NCBI GenBank assembly: GCA_977017645.1
Contig: OZ360226.1
Span: 134,602,001-134,666,000 of the forward strand
From: Torpedo marmorata
Taxonomy: Eukaryota
Reading direction: 5' to 3'
DNA length: 64,000 nucleotides
Shown here piece after piece: positions 1-11,439 of this stretch (position 1 is the stretch's first letter; every line of letters starts with the position of its first letter). The translations under genes were made by a program, and so were the position numbers. The notes under the pieces were generated by a model. That model did not search any database. It saw nothing but the letters and a program-made list of their open reading frames with translations, and was not told the origin of the DNA.

Positions 1-830
1 GAAGGGAAAACCAAAGGTGTACAATTCAGTGATCATTGGGGGATCAGAGGTGGAGAGGGTGAGCAAATTTAAATTCCTGGGAGTCACTATCTCAGAGGAC
101 CTTTCCTGGACCAAACACACTAATGTCATCGCGAAGTAAACACGTCAGTACCTCTACTTCCTCAGGAGTTTGCAGAGGTTTGATATGACATCGAAAACCA
201 TGTCAAACCTCTACAGATGTGTAGAGGAAAGTATGCTGACCGGCTGCATCACAGCCTGGTATGAGGGCACCAATACCTCTGAGCCCTGCAAAAGTTCGTG
301 GACACAGACCAGTACATCACAGGAAAAACTCTCCCTTCCATTGAGAACATTTACATGGAACGCTGCCGTCAGAGAGTAGCAGTGATCATCAAGGATCCAC
401 ACCACCCAGGGCATGCTCTGTTCTCCCCTCTTCCTTCAGGAAAGAGGTATAGATGCCACAAGACTTATACTACCAGGTTCAGAATCAGAATCAGAATTTA
501 TTGTGATGAACAAGTCATGAAATTCGGTGTTCAGAAACAGTTGCTATCCCTGTACCATCAGACTGCTAAACAACAAACTTAATCAGAGACTCATTTAAGG
601 ACTCTTACTTTGCACATTTTTTATTATTTGAATATTTATTTTCTGTATTGCACAGTCAGATTGTTTACATTTCTCTCTCTGTTTACATTTCTCTTTTGTA
701 TACCAATCTTTACTTGAGTAGTTTTATGCACTACCGATAAGTAGAAATTCTGCCTGGCCCGCAGGAAAAAGAATCTCAGGGTTGTATGTGATGTCATGTG
801 TATACTCTGACAATAAATCTAAACTTTGAC
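1..830 (+). mobile_element. Rex1/Babar-type non-LTR retrotransposon, decayed 3' end
   Basis: Broken frames give the Rex1 C-terminal motifs KFLGVTISEDLSW, ESMLTGCITAWY, IIKDPHHPGHALFSPLPSGKRYR. Ends in AATAAA plus a short repeat near 812-830. Same subfamily as 37835-40297. Confidence 0.85.
485..528 (-). mobile_element. 44-bp 3' tail of a second Rex1 subfamily nested in the first
   Basis: TCAGAATCAGAATTTATTGTGATGAACAAGTCATGAAATTCG matches the tail at ~47934-47975. Flanked by direct GTTCAGAA at 477-484 and 529-536. Confidence 0.75.
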
Positions 831-3234
831 TCAGAAATAATTTAGAGAGTGAATTACATGAGTTCAGTTTTACTGCCATTGCCACTCATCTTTTGGAGTA
901 TTCTACTCCTTCCAATACTAATGCTGATATGACTTTAAAAATTATGTGAAGATGCATTGTATAAACTCCATATTATATTCTCAGTGCTTTTTTTCCTTTA
1001 TGACTTCTGTCAGTAAAAGATTTGGGAACAGGAATACCAAAAACATGCAATTTTGGCAGACATGCTTTGCTTAGATAGCATCTTTGTAATGTGCTATCCA
1101 GAAGGTGGCTCTTCATAACATGTATATGCTGGCCAAAATTGACAATATTGATCCGACTTCTCAGCTTTTCATGCATATCCATACAGATCATGGCTCTTTA
1201 ATTGTTCACTCAGATACTTTTTAAAATAATGATTACTACTGTCTCTGCCATCCATTCAAGCTGTGAATTCCAGACTCACCACTTGTGAATTATTTTTTCC
1301 TCAACCATTCTTAGCATTCTACACATTATCTTAAAATCTATGCCTTCTAATTTCTCTGCCAAGAAAAATTGTTTTTTATAATTACCCTGTCTGAGCCACT
1401 CGTAATTTTTCAAGCTCCAATTAAATCTCATTGCTGTCTCCTTTTGTTTCAGGAAAAGACAGTTTGTCCTTGTAACTATAAATGTCTATCCCAGGAAACA
1501 TCCTCCCGTACCATTTGACAGAAACACATGGATACCCAAAGTAAACAGCTAACAAGTGCTCCACCTCCTGAATTACCCTCTTGCTTGTCGTAGACACTCG
1601 TCGTGTGCCCCATGTTGCCCATCTTGAAACACACAGAACTGGAGTGGAAGCAAGTCATGCTTGATCCTGGAATACTGAAGAAGAAAAAGAGATTTTCTTG
1701 TTTATTTTCCTTTCCAAAGTACATTACTTGTACATCTAATTTCTGTTTAACCCTTTGGTGCCCATTTAACCAATCTATTGATTTCTTCCTTTTGCCTTGA
1801 AATTTTTTTTTTCATTTCAACCCCACTGACAATTTTGGTATCTTCAGCAAACTTCTCAATTGTGGCAGTTATATTTTATCCAAAATTTTACTCCAAAATT
1901 CAGTCCGATGGAACTCCACTTCTTGCAACTTTCTGGTCTCATCAGCCATTCCCATTTCTTTATGGCACTGACCACGCTTTTAATTCCAGTTGCTACTTTC
2001 CCTCGCATCCGATGGGCTTTGCGATTTTGATCAATGTCTTTAGCAAATTATATGAGAGGCTACCATTGTAACAACAGAATGTCGAAGTGAAGTTGCAATC
2101 TGATCAACCATGATTTTGTATGGTAGAGCAGGCTTGAGGGATTAGGCAGCCTATTCCTGTTTCTAATTAATTTGTGTGTATTTGTTTGTCTGCTGTTCTG
2201 ATGTAATGGTTCAGTTATAACTGAAGCATTGATCCTTGCTCATGATGGAGTTCCACCAGAGCAACTAGAAAATTTAAATTCAGGTAATTAAATACATCCT
2301 GGAATTTAAAAAAAAACTGTGTCTTAATAACAGTGACTGGGCAACTCTGACATTCTTTTAAAATCCTATCTGCTTCACTGATGTTCTTCATGAAAGAAAA
2401 TGTGCAACCCTTGTCTGGCCCATATGCAAGTTTGGATCCACCAATTGGGTGAACTCTTAACTAGTAACTTGGCTTGAGGCAATTGGGAATGAACAGTAAA
2501 TTCTGCATTTCCACCATTCATTCCACCTTTTTCTTGTAACCATTTCATTGTTCTGCATTTAATTCTTATTTGTCTTTTCACATTCTTGCATCTTGAATTA
2601 TCGCTCCTTTTGACATGTTAAAGACAGTTTAACTTTTCTAGTTGATGAAGAAGCATCAATTTACATCAATGATAACTTTGTTTCTCTCTCCATAAATGCT
2701 TCCTGACCTGGAGCATTTGTGGCATTTTATTATTCCTACAAATGGTGGAAATTTAGAAAATATTTATTTCTTATTTGGGATAATTCATTAAAATTAAACT
2801 CTGCAAGTAGAATAAGCAAGTGAGAATAATTAACACGGTGTTCAGAGAAGGTAGTTGAGATGTTTAGAAATGTTTAAAAATATTTATGAACTACAATATG
2901 GAAATACTACCAGTAATAACCTGCATAGATGACCCAATTGGCATAAAGTTGTAGTTTAAACCAAGATTAATAATGTTTTTTAAAAAAAAATATTTTATTT
3001 AAAATTTTAAATCACAAAATACATAAGGTAAAATGTAAAATTATCAAAATACATGTGATACATTTTCACCCCCCCTCCCTCCCTCCCCTCCCACCCCTTC
3101 TAATCTACTAAAATAAAAAAGAAAGAAAGAAAGAAAAAGATAGAATAAGGAGAATGTCAATCTAAAAAATACATCTATAACTAATTTTATTATGGAGGAT
3201 AGGTTCGCCAGTCAGATCCGATGTCCAGAGATCT

Positions 3235-6200
3235 TCAAATCCTTAAACCAACAACCTTCATATATGGGCTCCATATTTTCAAAAAGAAATGATATTTATT
3301 ACGTAAATTATAAGTAATTTTTTCAAGTGGTATACATGAACGAAGTTCTGCATGCCATCTTTCTAACCCTAAATCTACGTCAGATTTCCAAGTAATAGCA
3401 ATACATTTCTTAGATACCGCTAAAGCAATTCGCAGAAATTCTATTTGATACATATTTAATTTCATCTTAATACTAACTCTTTTAATATCTCCAAACAAAA
3501 ATATCATAGGGTCCATTGGGAATGTAATTTTTAATACTTTATCTAAATAATTTTTAACTTTCAACCAAAAATCATAAACTTTTGGACAGGACCATGTAGA
3601 ATGTACAAAAGAACCTTCCTCTCTATTACATCTAAAACATAAGCCTGATAATGTCGCGTTAAATTTCTTTAACTTTTTAGGTGTTAAATATAATTGATGA
3701 AAAAAGTTATATTGAACTAATCTATATATAACATTAATAATCTTTGTCATACTTAGTTTACATAATTCTTTCCAATGATCTTCATCTATTGTTACATTCA
3801 AATCTAATTCCCACTTTAATCTTGATTTATGAATTCCTACTTTAGGGATTTTTCTCTGAAACAGTCTATACATTTGAGAAATAAATGTATTTACATCTCT
3901 GTTAGTAACTAATAATTCTAATTCACTCTGTCTTGGTAAAGTCAAACTATAGCCTAATTTCCCAAACAAAAATGCTCTAATTTGAAAATAAGCAAAAAGT
4001 GTATTATCCAATATATTAAATTTATCTTTCATTCTTTGAAAAGTAATAAATTTACCAGCTTCAAAACAATCATTTATTTTCTTAATTCCTTTTTGAAACC
4101 AAATTTTAAATAGTTGATTATTAACAGTAAATGGAATAAGTTTATTTTGATATAGAGGCATTTTTGGAGAAATCAACCCTTTTCCTTCTATTTCCTTATC
4201 CACTCTATTCCATATTTCTAGCAAACGTTTAAAGATAGGAGAATTCTTCCTTCTTGTTAATATTAATTAAAAATTCCATTTATAAATAACTTCTTCTTTG
4301 GAATCTTCTCCTATACTATTTAATTCTATTCTAATCCAAGCAGAAGACTTAGTTAAATCAAAAAGTTCATTAACAAATTTTAGTTGAGCTGCTTTATAAT
4401 AATTTTGAAAATTAGGAAGTTGTAAACCACCCATTTCATAATTCCAAGTTAATTTTTCTATACCTACTCTAACCAACTTTCCTTTCCACAAAAACTTCCT
4501 AATAATTAAGTTTAAATCTTTAAAAGAAATTTTAGGAATTTCATAAGGAATTGATTGAAAAAGATATTGAATTCTTGGAAAAACATTCATTTTGATACAA
4601 TTTACCCTTCCCATTAAAGTTATAGGTAAATCCTTCCAACTCTCTAAATCTTTTTTAATTTTGATAAATAATGGTAAATAATTTAATTTATACAAATTAA
4701 CTAATTTTGTATCAATCTTTATTCCCAAATATTTAATTCCTTCTTTTGACCATTTAAATTGTGTAATTTCTTTACATTTGCTATAATCCCCTAGCGTTAA
4801 TGCCATAATTTCACTTTTATCAGAATTATTCTTATAACCAGATATTTCCCCGTATTCTCTCAATAAAGCAGTCAGTTGTATTAAAGAAGTAATAGGTTTT
4901 GTCATATATATCAATACATCGTCTGCAAATAAACTAATTTTATGCTCTTCCCTTCCAACTTTAATACCTGCAATCTTAACATCTTGTCTAATTAATTCTG
5001 CCAAAGGTTCTATCGCTAAAGTAAACAATGCTGGTGACAAAGGACATCCTTGTCTAGTTGACCTAGTCAAAGGGAATCTTGAAGAAATTTGTCCATTTGT
5101 AACCACTTTAGCAGATGGTTCTTTATATATAGTTTTAATCCAGTTAATAAATGTAATTCCAAAACCAAATTTCTCCAATACCTTAAATAAAAAATTCCAC
5201 TCTAATCTATCAAAAGCCTTTTCAGCATCTAACGTTAATACTAATGCTAAATCATCCTTTTTTATGCACATTAATTAAACTAATTAATCTAGCTATATTA
5301 TCCTTTGAATATCTTTTTAATAAAACCAGCTTGATCTACATGGATTAAATCTGGTAGATAATTAGCCACTCTATTTGCTAAATTTTTTGCCATTATCTTA
5401 TAATCCACATTTAACAATGAAATTGGTCTATATGATTCTGTTTTCAACACATCTCTATCTTTTTTAGGTATAACTGTAATTATTGCATTTGAAAATGTAT
5501 CCGGTAACGAATGAGTTTCCGTTATTTGTTTCAACACATCCATAAATGTAGGTATCAATAAATCTTTAAACTCCTTATAAAATTCTGATGGAAAACCATC
5601 TTCCCCTGGAGATTTACCACTCGTTAAAGAAGTAAGAACCTCATTAACTTCCCTCATTGAGAAAGACGAGTCCAAAAATTCTTTACTTTGAGTATTTAAT
5701 CTAGGTAACTTAATTTTAGATAAAAATCTATTAATTTTAGAATCATCGATCAATCTGAGATTTATATAAATTCAAGTAATAATCTTGAAAAGAGTCATTT
5801 ATTTCTCGAGGTTTATACGTTATTTTCGTAAAATTCTTTTTTATAGCATATATAGTTCTAGAAGTTTGATCTTTCTTTAATTGCCACACCAACACTTTGT
5901 GTGCTCTTTCTCCCAGTTCATAATATCTTTGTTTAGTTCTTTCAATTAATTTTTCCATTTTATATGTTTGTAACAAATTATAATGCAATTTTTTTCCAAC
6001 TAAATTATTCCTTTTTTCGTCTGATCTCTTTTTTTGCAAATCCTTCTCCAAACATTCAATCTCCCTCTCCAAATTATCCACCTCTCGAAGATAGTCCATC
6101 TTAATTTTTGCTGAATAACTTATTATTTGACCTCTTAAATAAACCTTTAAAGCTTCCCAAATAATAAATTTATTATCAGTCGAATTAGAATTTATTTGTA

Positions 6201-7016
6201 AAATTCCTGAATTTCCCTTCTTATATAATCACAAAAATACATTCTTTTTAATAAAGAAGAATTAAATCTCCACCTATATATAGTTTTTTCTTTTTCCAGA
6301 ATTATACAAGACATTAATAAAGGTGAATGATCAGAAATTATTCTCGCTTTATAAGATGCTTGTGTTACTTTGTCTTGAACTTGTGAAGACAATAAAAACA
6401 AATCTATCCTAGAATATGAATCATGTCTAAAAGAGTAAAAGGAATAATCTTTTTCTCTGGGATTCAATTTTCTCCAAATATCTATTAAATTTAAGTCTTT
6501 CATCAAAGTAAGAACTCTTTTAGCAGTTTTAGATTTAGCAACTGATCTTGATGTTTTATCCATTATCGGATCTAAACAACAATTAAAATCCCCACCAATT
6601 AAAATATTATCATTAACTTCTGACAAATGCAAAAAAGAATCTTGAATAAGTTGTTCATCATCTGCATTTGGTACATATATATTCATAAGTGTCCACAATT
6701 CCGAGTATATCTGACAATGTATTAAAACATATCTACCTACCACATCTATAACCACAGATTGTATTTTAAAAGGTAACTTTTTATTAACTAATATGGCTAC
6801 TCCTCTTGCTTTAGAATTAAATGAAGAAGCAACCACTTGACAAACCCATTCTCTTTTTAACTTCTGATGTTCCAAATCTGTCAAATGTGTCTCTTGTAAA
6901 AAAGCTATATCTACATTTAACTTTTTAATATGCGCTAAAGTTCTATTCCTTTTAATCGGGTTATTTAGCCCGTTTATATTAATACTTACTACATTTATTG
7001 TTTTACTATCCATCAT
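3235..7016 (-). pseudogene. L1 ORF2 (APE endonuclease, reverse transcriptase, C-terminal Cys/His domain) split into 5 ORFs
   Basis: FLQETH, GGDFN and SDH (endonuclease); YRPISLLNVDYK, LDAEKAFD, QGCPLSP and FADD (RT); CFRC...HSTWSC (C-terminus). Confidence 0.95.
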
Positions 7017-7441
7017 TACTAAATTTTATTAAATCTCTCTCCATCAAATCCACCAGCACCTTCCTCCAGAATCGTAATCTATTTGACATCTCCTTAAAAA
7101 GAAAAAAACAAAAGAAGAGAATAGAAAAGAAACAAAACCCCAATGAATACAATACTGGTGAAATTACCCCAGTATTACCCACCTCCATTACTCGAGAAGT
7201 GGCCCTCGCCACTAAGGTGGTATGTGGCTAGGAAGGAGGAACAAAAAGTCCACCCCCCCAACAGATTTTACACAGCATTTATTATCATAACTTCATTTAG
7301 CTTCTTCAAGGTCCTTAAGTACTTGATCTTCATCAATCTCGACCTCGGTCTCCTCCTCTTTTCCTGAAGTACTTGGCAAAGAAACTTGCGACGGTGAAAT
7401 CTCTTGAACTTGGTGATGATCCATCAAATCTTGATCTTTCT

Positions 7442-8105
7442 TCAAATAAGGAAGAGAATTTGCATATTGGAACGCTTGTTGGCAATCCGTAAAAAACGAG
7501 ATTGATTTTCTTCAGACTGAACCTTCAAAACCGCAGGATATCTAAAAGAAAACTTATATCCCTTTTTCCAAAAAATCGCTTTTGCTGGGTTAAATTCCTT
7601 TCGTCTTTTAACTATAGCTGAACTCAAATCAGGATAAAAGAAAATCTGTTTCCCTTAACCATCAGTGGAGTCTTATATGTTTTAGCATTTTGGATAGCTG
7701 CTTTCAATACTTTATGTCCGGATATCGAAGACATTTAACCAAAACTGATCGTGGTCTCTGATCCGCATACTGATTCCGTCTTCCAACTCTATGCGCTCTC
7801 TCTAACTCCAATTCATTATCTACACCCAGAACTTCTGAAATCCATTTCTGAAAAAATTCAGTCGTATCGTAACTTTCAAAATTTTCAGGAAGTCCCACAA
7901 TTTTAATATTATTCCTCCGGCTTTGATTTTCCAATACATCCAACTTTTGTAAAAGTTCATTTCTTTGTTGTACCCAACCTGTAAATGAGTCTTCTATTTT
8001 ATCAACTCTATCCTTATAATTCACCATTTCTTCATAGTTTTCTTTAACTTCTTTATCAATTTCTTGAACTTTCACTGTATTCACAATATTTGTCTGTCTT
8101 TTCAT
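7442..8105 (-). pseudogene. L1 ORF1 remnant (coiled coil plus RRM-like)
   Basis: LENQSRRNNIKIVGLPE, LERAHR, PRSVLVK and YPAVLKV are typical L1 ORF1 motifs. Confidence 0.85.
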
Positions 8106-8443
8106 ATCTTGTTAAGATTAATAATGTTAATAATCCTATATTTTAACATTGGAAGAAACTTACAATTTTTAAAGATGGAAATTATGAGGTGGTTTAGTCC
8201 AAGTACATTAGAATAGCCACTGAATAGCCTGGATTTTGTGCTCATTGGCAAAGCAACAGAGTTTGAATGGATCTCGAAGATGAGTACCAATGTGACCTCC
8301 GCTTAGTTTGTTGCTTTCGGCCTGAGATAAACTCAGGCATCAAGCAACATGGATATCGTCAAGATGGCTGGGTGAGCAATAACATTGAGGTATTCTTGAA
8401 ACAAATTGGGAAGTAACAAGTAGGTTTTATCATTAACTTTTTT

Positions 8444-9620
8444 TTGAATATTTTATTTTAAATTTTCACACAGTAATACATACGTGAATAATATACATTG
8501 TTAATTTCAGAGATATCCTTAATAATTATATTTGTATTACATAGTGTATCTACCCCTTCCCTTATAACATTTTCCAAATATTTCAAATTAAAATTATTAC
8601 TTAATATTTTTAATCCCACCCTCCACCCATTCCCACCCCTTAAATTCCTTCCCCTTCCTAAAAAACTAAAAAAGAAAGAAGGAAAAAGAAAGTAATCTAG
8701 TATTACTTATAAAAAACATCTATATGGATCGCCTGGGCATTCACAGTTCAACGCAAGGTTTTCAACAGTATTTTTATTATTTAAATTTGAGAGAGTCAAC
8801 AGGGCCTAGGATATGGAATAACACTTTTACATACTTATGCCTAATGTCTGGATATATGGACGCCAAATTTGCAAAAATACCCCATATTTATTTCTCATAT
8901 GTTATTTTTTCCAAAGGAATACAACTCTGCATCTCTGTATTCCATCTTTGCATACCTAAGTTTGTATCTGATTTCCAAGTTACTGCTATACACTTCCTCG
9001 CTACCGCTAAAGCGATTTTAACAAATTTCAATTGATATATTGATAACTTCAATTTTGGTCTAGTTCCTTCAACATTCCCTCATAAAAATAAATCAGGGTT
9101 TTGTGGAAGTGTAACACCCGTAATTTGTTTTAACAGATTCCCTAATTCCATCCAAAAGAATTTTACCTTACAGCAAAACCAAGTTGAATGTAAAAAAAGT
9201 TCCCCCTTCTTCACCACATCTAAAACATTTGCTTGATAATGTAGATTTCATTTTATTCAATTTTTGTGGTGTAAGATATAGTTGATGTAAAAATTATACT
9301 GTACTAATCTATATCTTACATTAATAGTAATAATAATTAAAAAATAAATATAGAATACCGAATAATACTCTTTTTTGTTATTTTCAATTAAGAGGATATT
9401 TAAGGAAAAATTAGGTTCAGATATGTTGTTACAAAATTGTAGTGAAGTGGAAACTCTTATTAGGAAAGGAAATACTAGGAAATTTACTTCTATAAAATAT
9501 TCCTTGTTACAAAGAGGAGCCCTTAAACAAGGACTTCATAAATCTAGACAGAGATGGGAAGAAGATCTTAATGTAACAATTGATGAAAAAAGATGGTCGG
9601 ATTTATGTCAAGATAGCATG
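8444..9620 (-). mobile_element. L1 family B, 5'-inverted (twin-primed) insertion
   Basis: TSD ATCATTAACTTTTTT at 8429-8443 and 9621-9635. 8444-~9335 is the ORF2 end and 3' UTR on minus. ~9336-9620 is the immediately preceding ORF2 segment on plus (..WEEDLNVTIDEKRWSDLCQDSM). Confidence 0.9.
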
Positions 9621-9842
9621 ATCATTAACTTTTTTGATAATTTTATAGGAAGTGAAGTCAGGATTGGGAAATTAATATGGGGTTAGGATAGAACATTATA
9701 CTTTATTCAAATTGTATTGTTTTGAAATATTTTAAGGAATAAAATATCTCTACATGCAAGTATCGTTTTAATTGGTGAAAATGGTTGCCTTGATGAAGTT
9801 GTGACTTAATCTGCCAATGAAATCCCACATGGACCTCTTAGA

Positions 9843-10190
9843 GCCATAGAACTATGGGGTTATACAGCATAGAACAGGCCCTTTGCCCATCTTGTCCACA
9901 CTGACCAAGTTGGTATTCTGGGCTCGCCCCGTTTGCATGCATTTGATCCATATCCTTCTAAACCCTTCCGATCCACATATCTGTCCAATGTTTTTTGAAC
10001 ATTGTAATTGTATCCACTTCTATACCTCCCTCTGGCAGCTTGTTCCAGATACTAACTACCCTCTATGTGGAAAAAGTTGTTCATCAGGCCCCTCTTAAAT
10101 CTCTCCCCTTCATGTTAAACCAGTCCCCTATAGTTCTAGAATTGTCTATCCTGGAAAAAAGTCTGAACATTCAGTTTATCCATGTTCCTA
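9843..10190 (-). mobile_element. CR1-type LINE 3' fragment
   Basis: Resembles the other CR1 3' ends in the window (CATAGAAC..ACAGGCCCTT..CCCATC..ACCCTCT..GAAAAAG). Boundaries approximate. Confidence 0.6.
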
Positions 10191-10449
10191 ATGATAAAGT
10201 GAATGGATATATTGTTCACTGGCTCTGTCATTCCAATTACAAAGAAGGGCCTCCTAATTTTTCTTTTTTTAATATTTAATAACATGGATGCTTAATATAA
10301 TGTAAACCAGAAAGTCTGCAGACGCTGCGATTAATCCCTTCATCAGGCCCGAAATGTTGGTTATGTTTCTTTAACTTTGCTGCATAAAGAACGCTGCATG
10401 ACTTGCTGAGTTTCTCTTGCATTCTTGTGTAAGGTGTTCAATATGAGAC

Positions 10450-10776
10450 TGTAGCAGTCCGCGGCCTACTCCGTAGGCCGACACAGGAAGCAATGGTCGA
10501 ACGCGACGATCACGCAGGCGGCATGTGATCCAAACGGCCCGTTTCGATAGGCCACAACAGCAGGGGGGAAACAAGCCAATCCCCGACGGCGGATCGTGGC
10601 CCGACCAATCCTGGTCGACAGATCGCAAGCCACGCCTACCAGTAACGTGGCAGCCAGGCTCAGCCAGCCTATAAAAGGCAGAGCAGATAGCCGAATAAAC
10701 TAGTGTTGACTCAACTCTCGGTGTGTGAGCATCTTCTTCCAGAGCTCCAGAGCTATCACCGTAGCGATGCGCTACA
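10450..10776 (+). repeat. Gypsy 5' LTR (327 bp)
   Basis: TGTAGC...GCTACA termini, internal TATAAAA and AATAAA. About 15 substitutions and one 8-bp duplication relative to the 3' LTR (hand count). Confidence 0.95.
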
Positions 10777-10777
10777 G

Positions 10778-10790
10778 TGGTGACCCCGAC
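10778..10790 (+). promoter_or_regulatory. Primer binding site complementary to the tRNA-Trp 3' end
   Basis: TGGTGACCCCGAC, one base after the LTR, is complementary to ...GUCGGGGUCACCA of vertebrate tRNA-Trp. Confidence 0.85.
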
Positions 10791-10818
10791 TAGTCCAAAC
10801 GGCAATTTGGACCTGAAG

Positions 10819-11287
10819 ATGAACGAACAACCTACAATCAACACGGTTTTAGTTGAAGCTACCGAGCTTCTGGACGTCGCAACCACTGGTGTGGTTCGAA
10901 CAGGCCGAGGCACAGTTCGCAGTTCTTCAGATCTCCGCTGACGCCACATGCTACTACCACGTGATGAGCGCCCTTGAGCAGGAGATGGCGGCCAGGATCA
11001 TCGACTTCCTGCGGTATCCTCCAGAGCAGGGGAAGTATGTGGCCATCAAAGAGCTCTTAACCTGTACTTTCGGGCTCTCGAATCACAAGCGCGCGGCCCG
11101 ATTGCTGCATATGGACGGTTTGGGGGACAGGGCCCCTTCTGCCCTCATGAGCAACATGCTCGCTTTGACCGACGGCCACAGACCTTGCCTGCTCTTCGAG
11201 CAGATCTTTCTGGAGCGATTGCCAGAAGACATCCAGCTGCTGCTCACGGAGGAGGATTTCGGCAACCCCAGGAAGGTAGCTGCCTGA
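10819..11287 (+). pseudogene. Gypsy gag-like ORF with frameshift and premature stop
   Basis: ATG at 10819 (MNEQPTINTV), then a shifted frame KLPSFW..PLVWFEQAEAQF..LGDRAPSALM, typical of small-gag Gypsy elements. Confidence 0.8.
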
Positions 11288-11439
11288 GCAGACGTGCTCT
11301 GGGCGGCGAAGAAGGCCGCCTGTGCGACGCTGGAGCAGGTGACCATGCCTCGACCGCAGCAAACGACCAGACGGCTTTCCGACCGGACGACCCACCGACC
11401 GACAGACCCCACCGGTGAGCAGTACTGTTTCTATCACCA

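Larger units (their letters stand above)
2978..8113 (-). mobile_element. L1-clade LINE family A (AT-rich), 5'-truncated in ORF1, frameshifted
   Basis: 15-bp TSD AAGATTAATAATGTT at 2963-2977 and 8114-8128. ORF1 and ORF2 remnants in the expected order, with a purine-rich 3' UTR. Confidence 0.95.

Noticed and set aside
10371-10949. 192-aa antisense ORF over the Gypsy LTR
   Set aside because: GC-rich read-through that extends outside the element, with no motifs.
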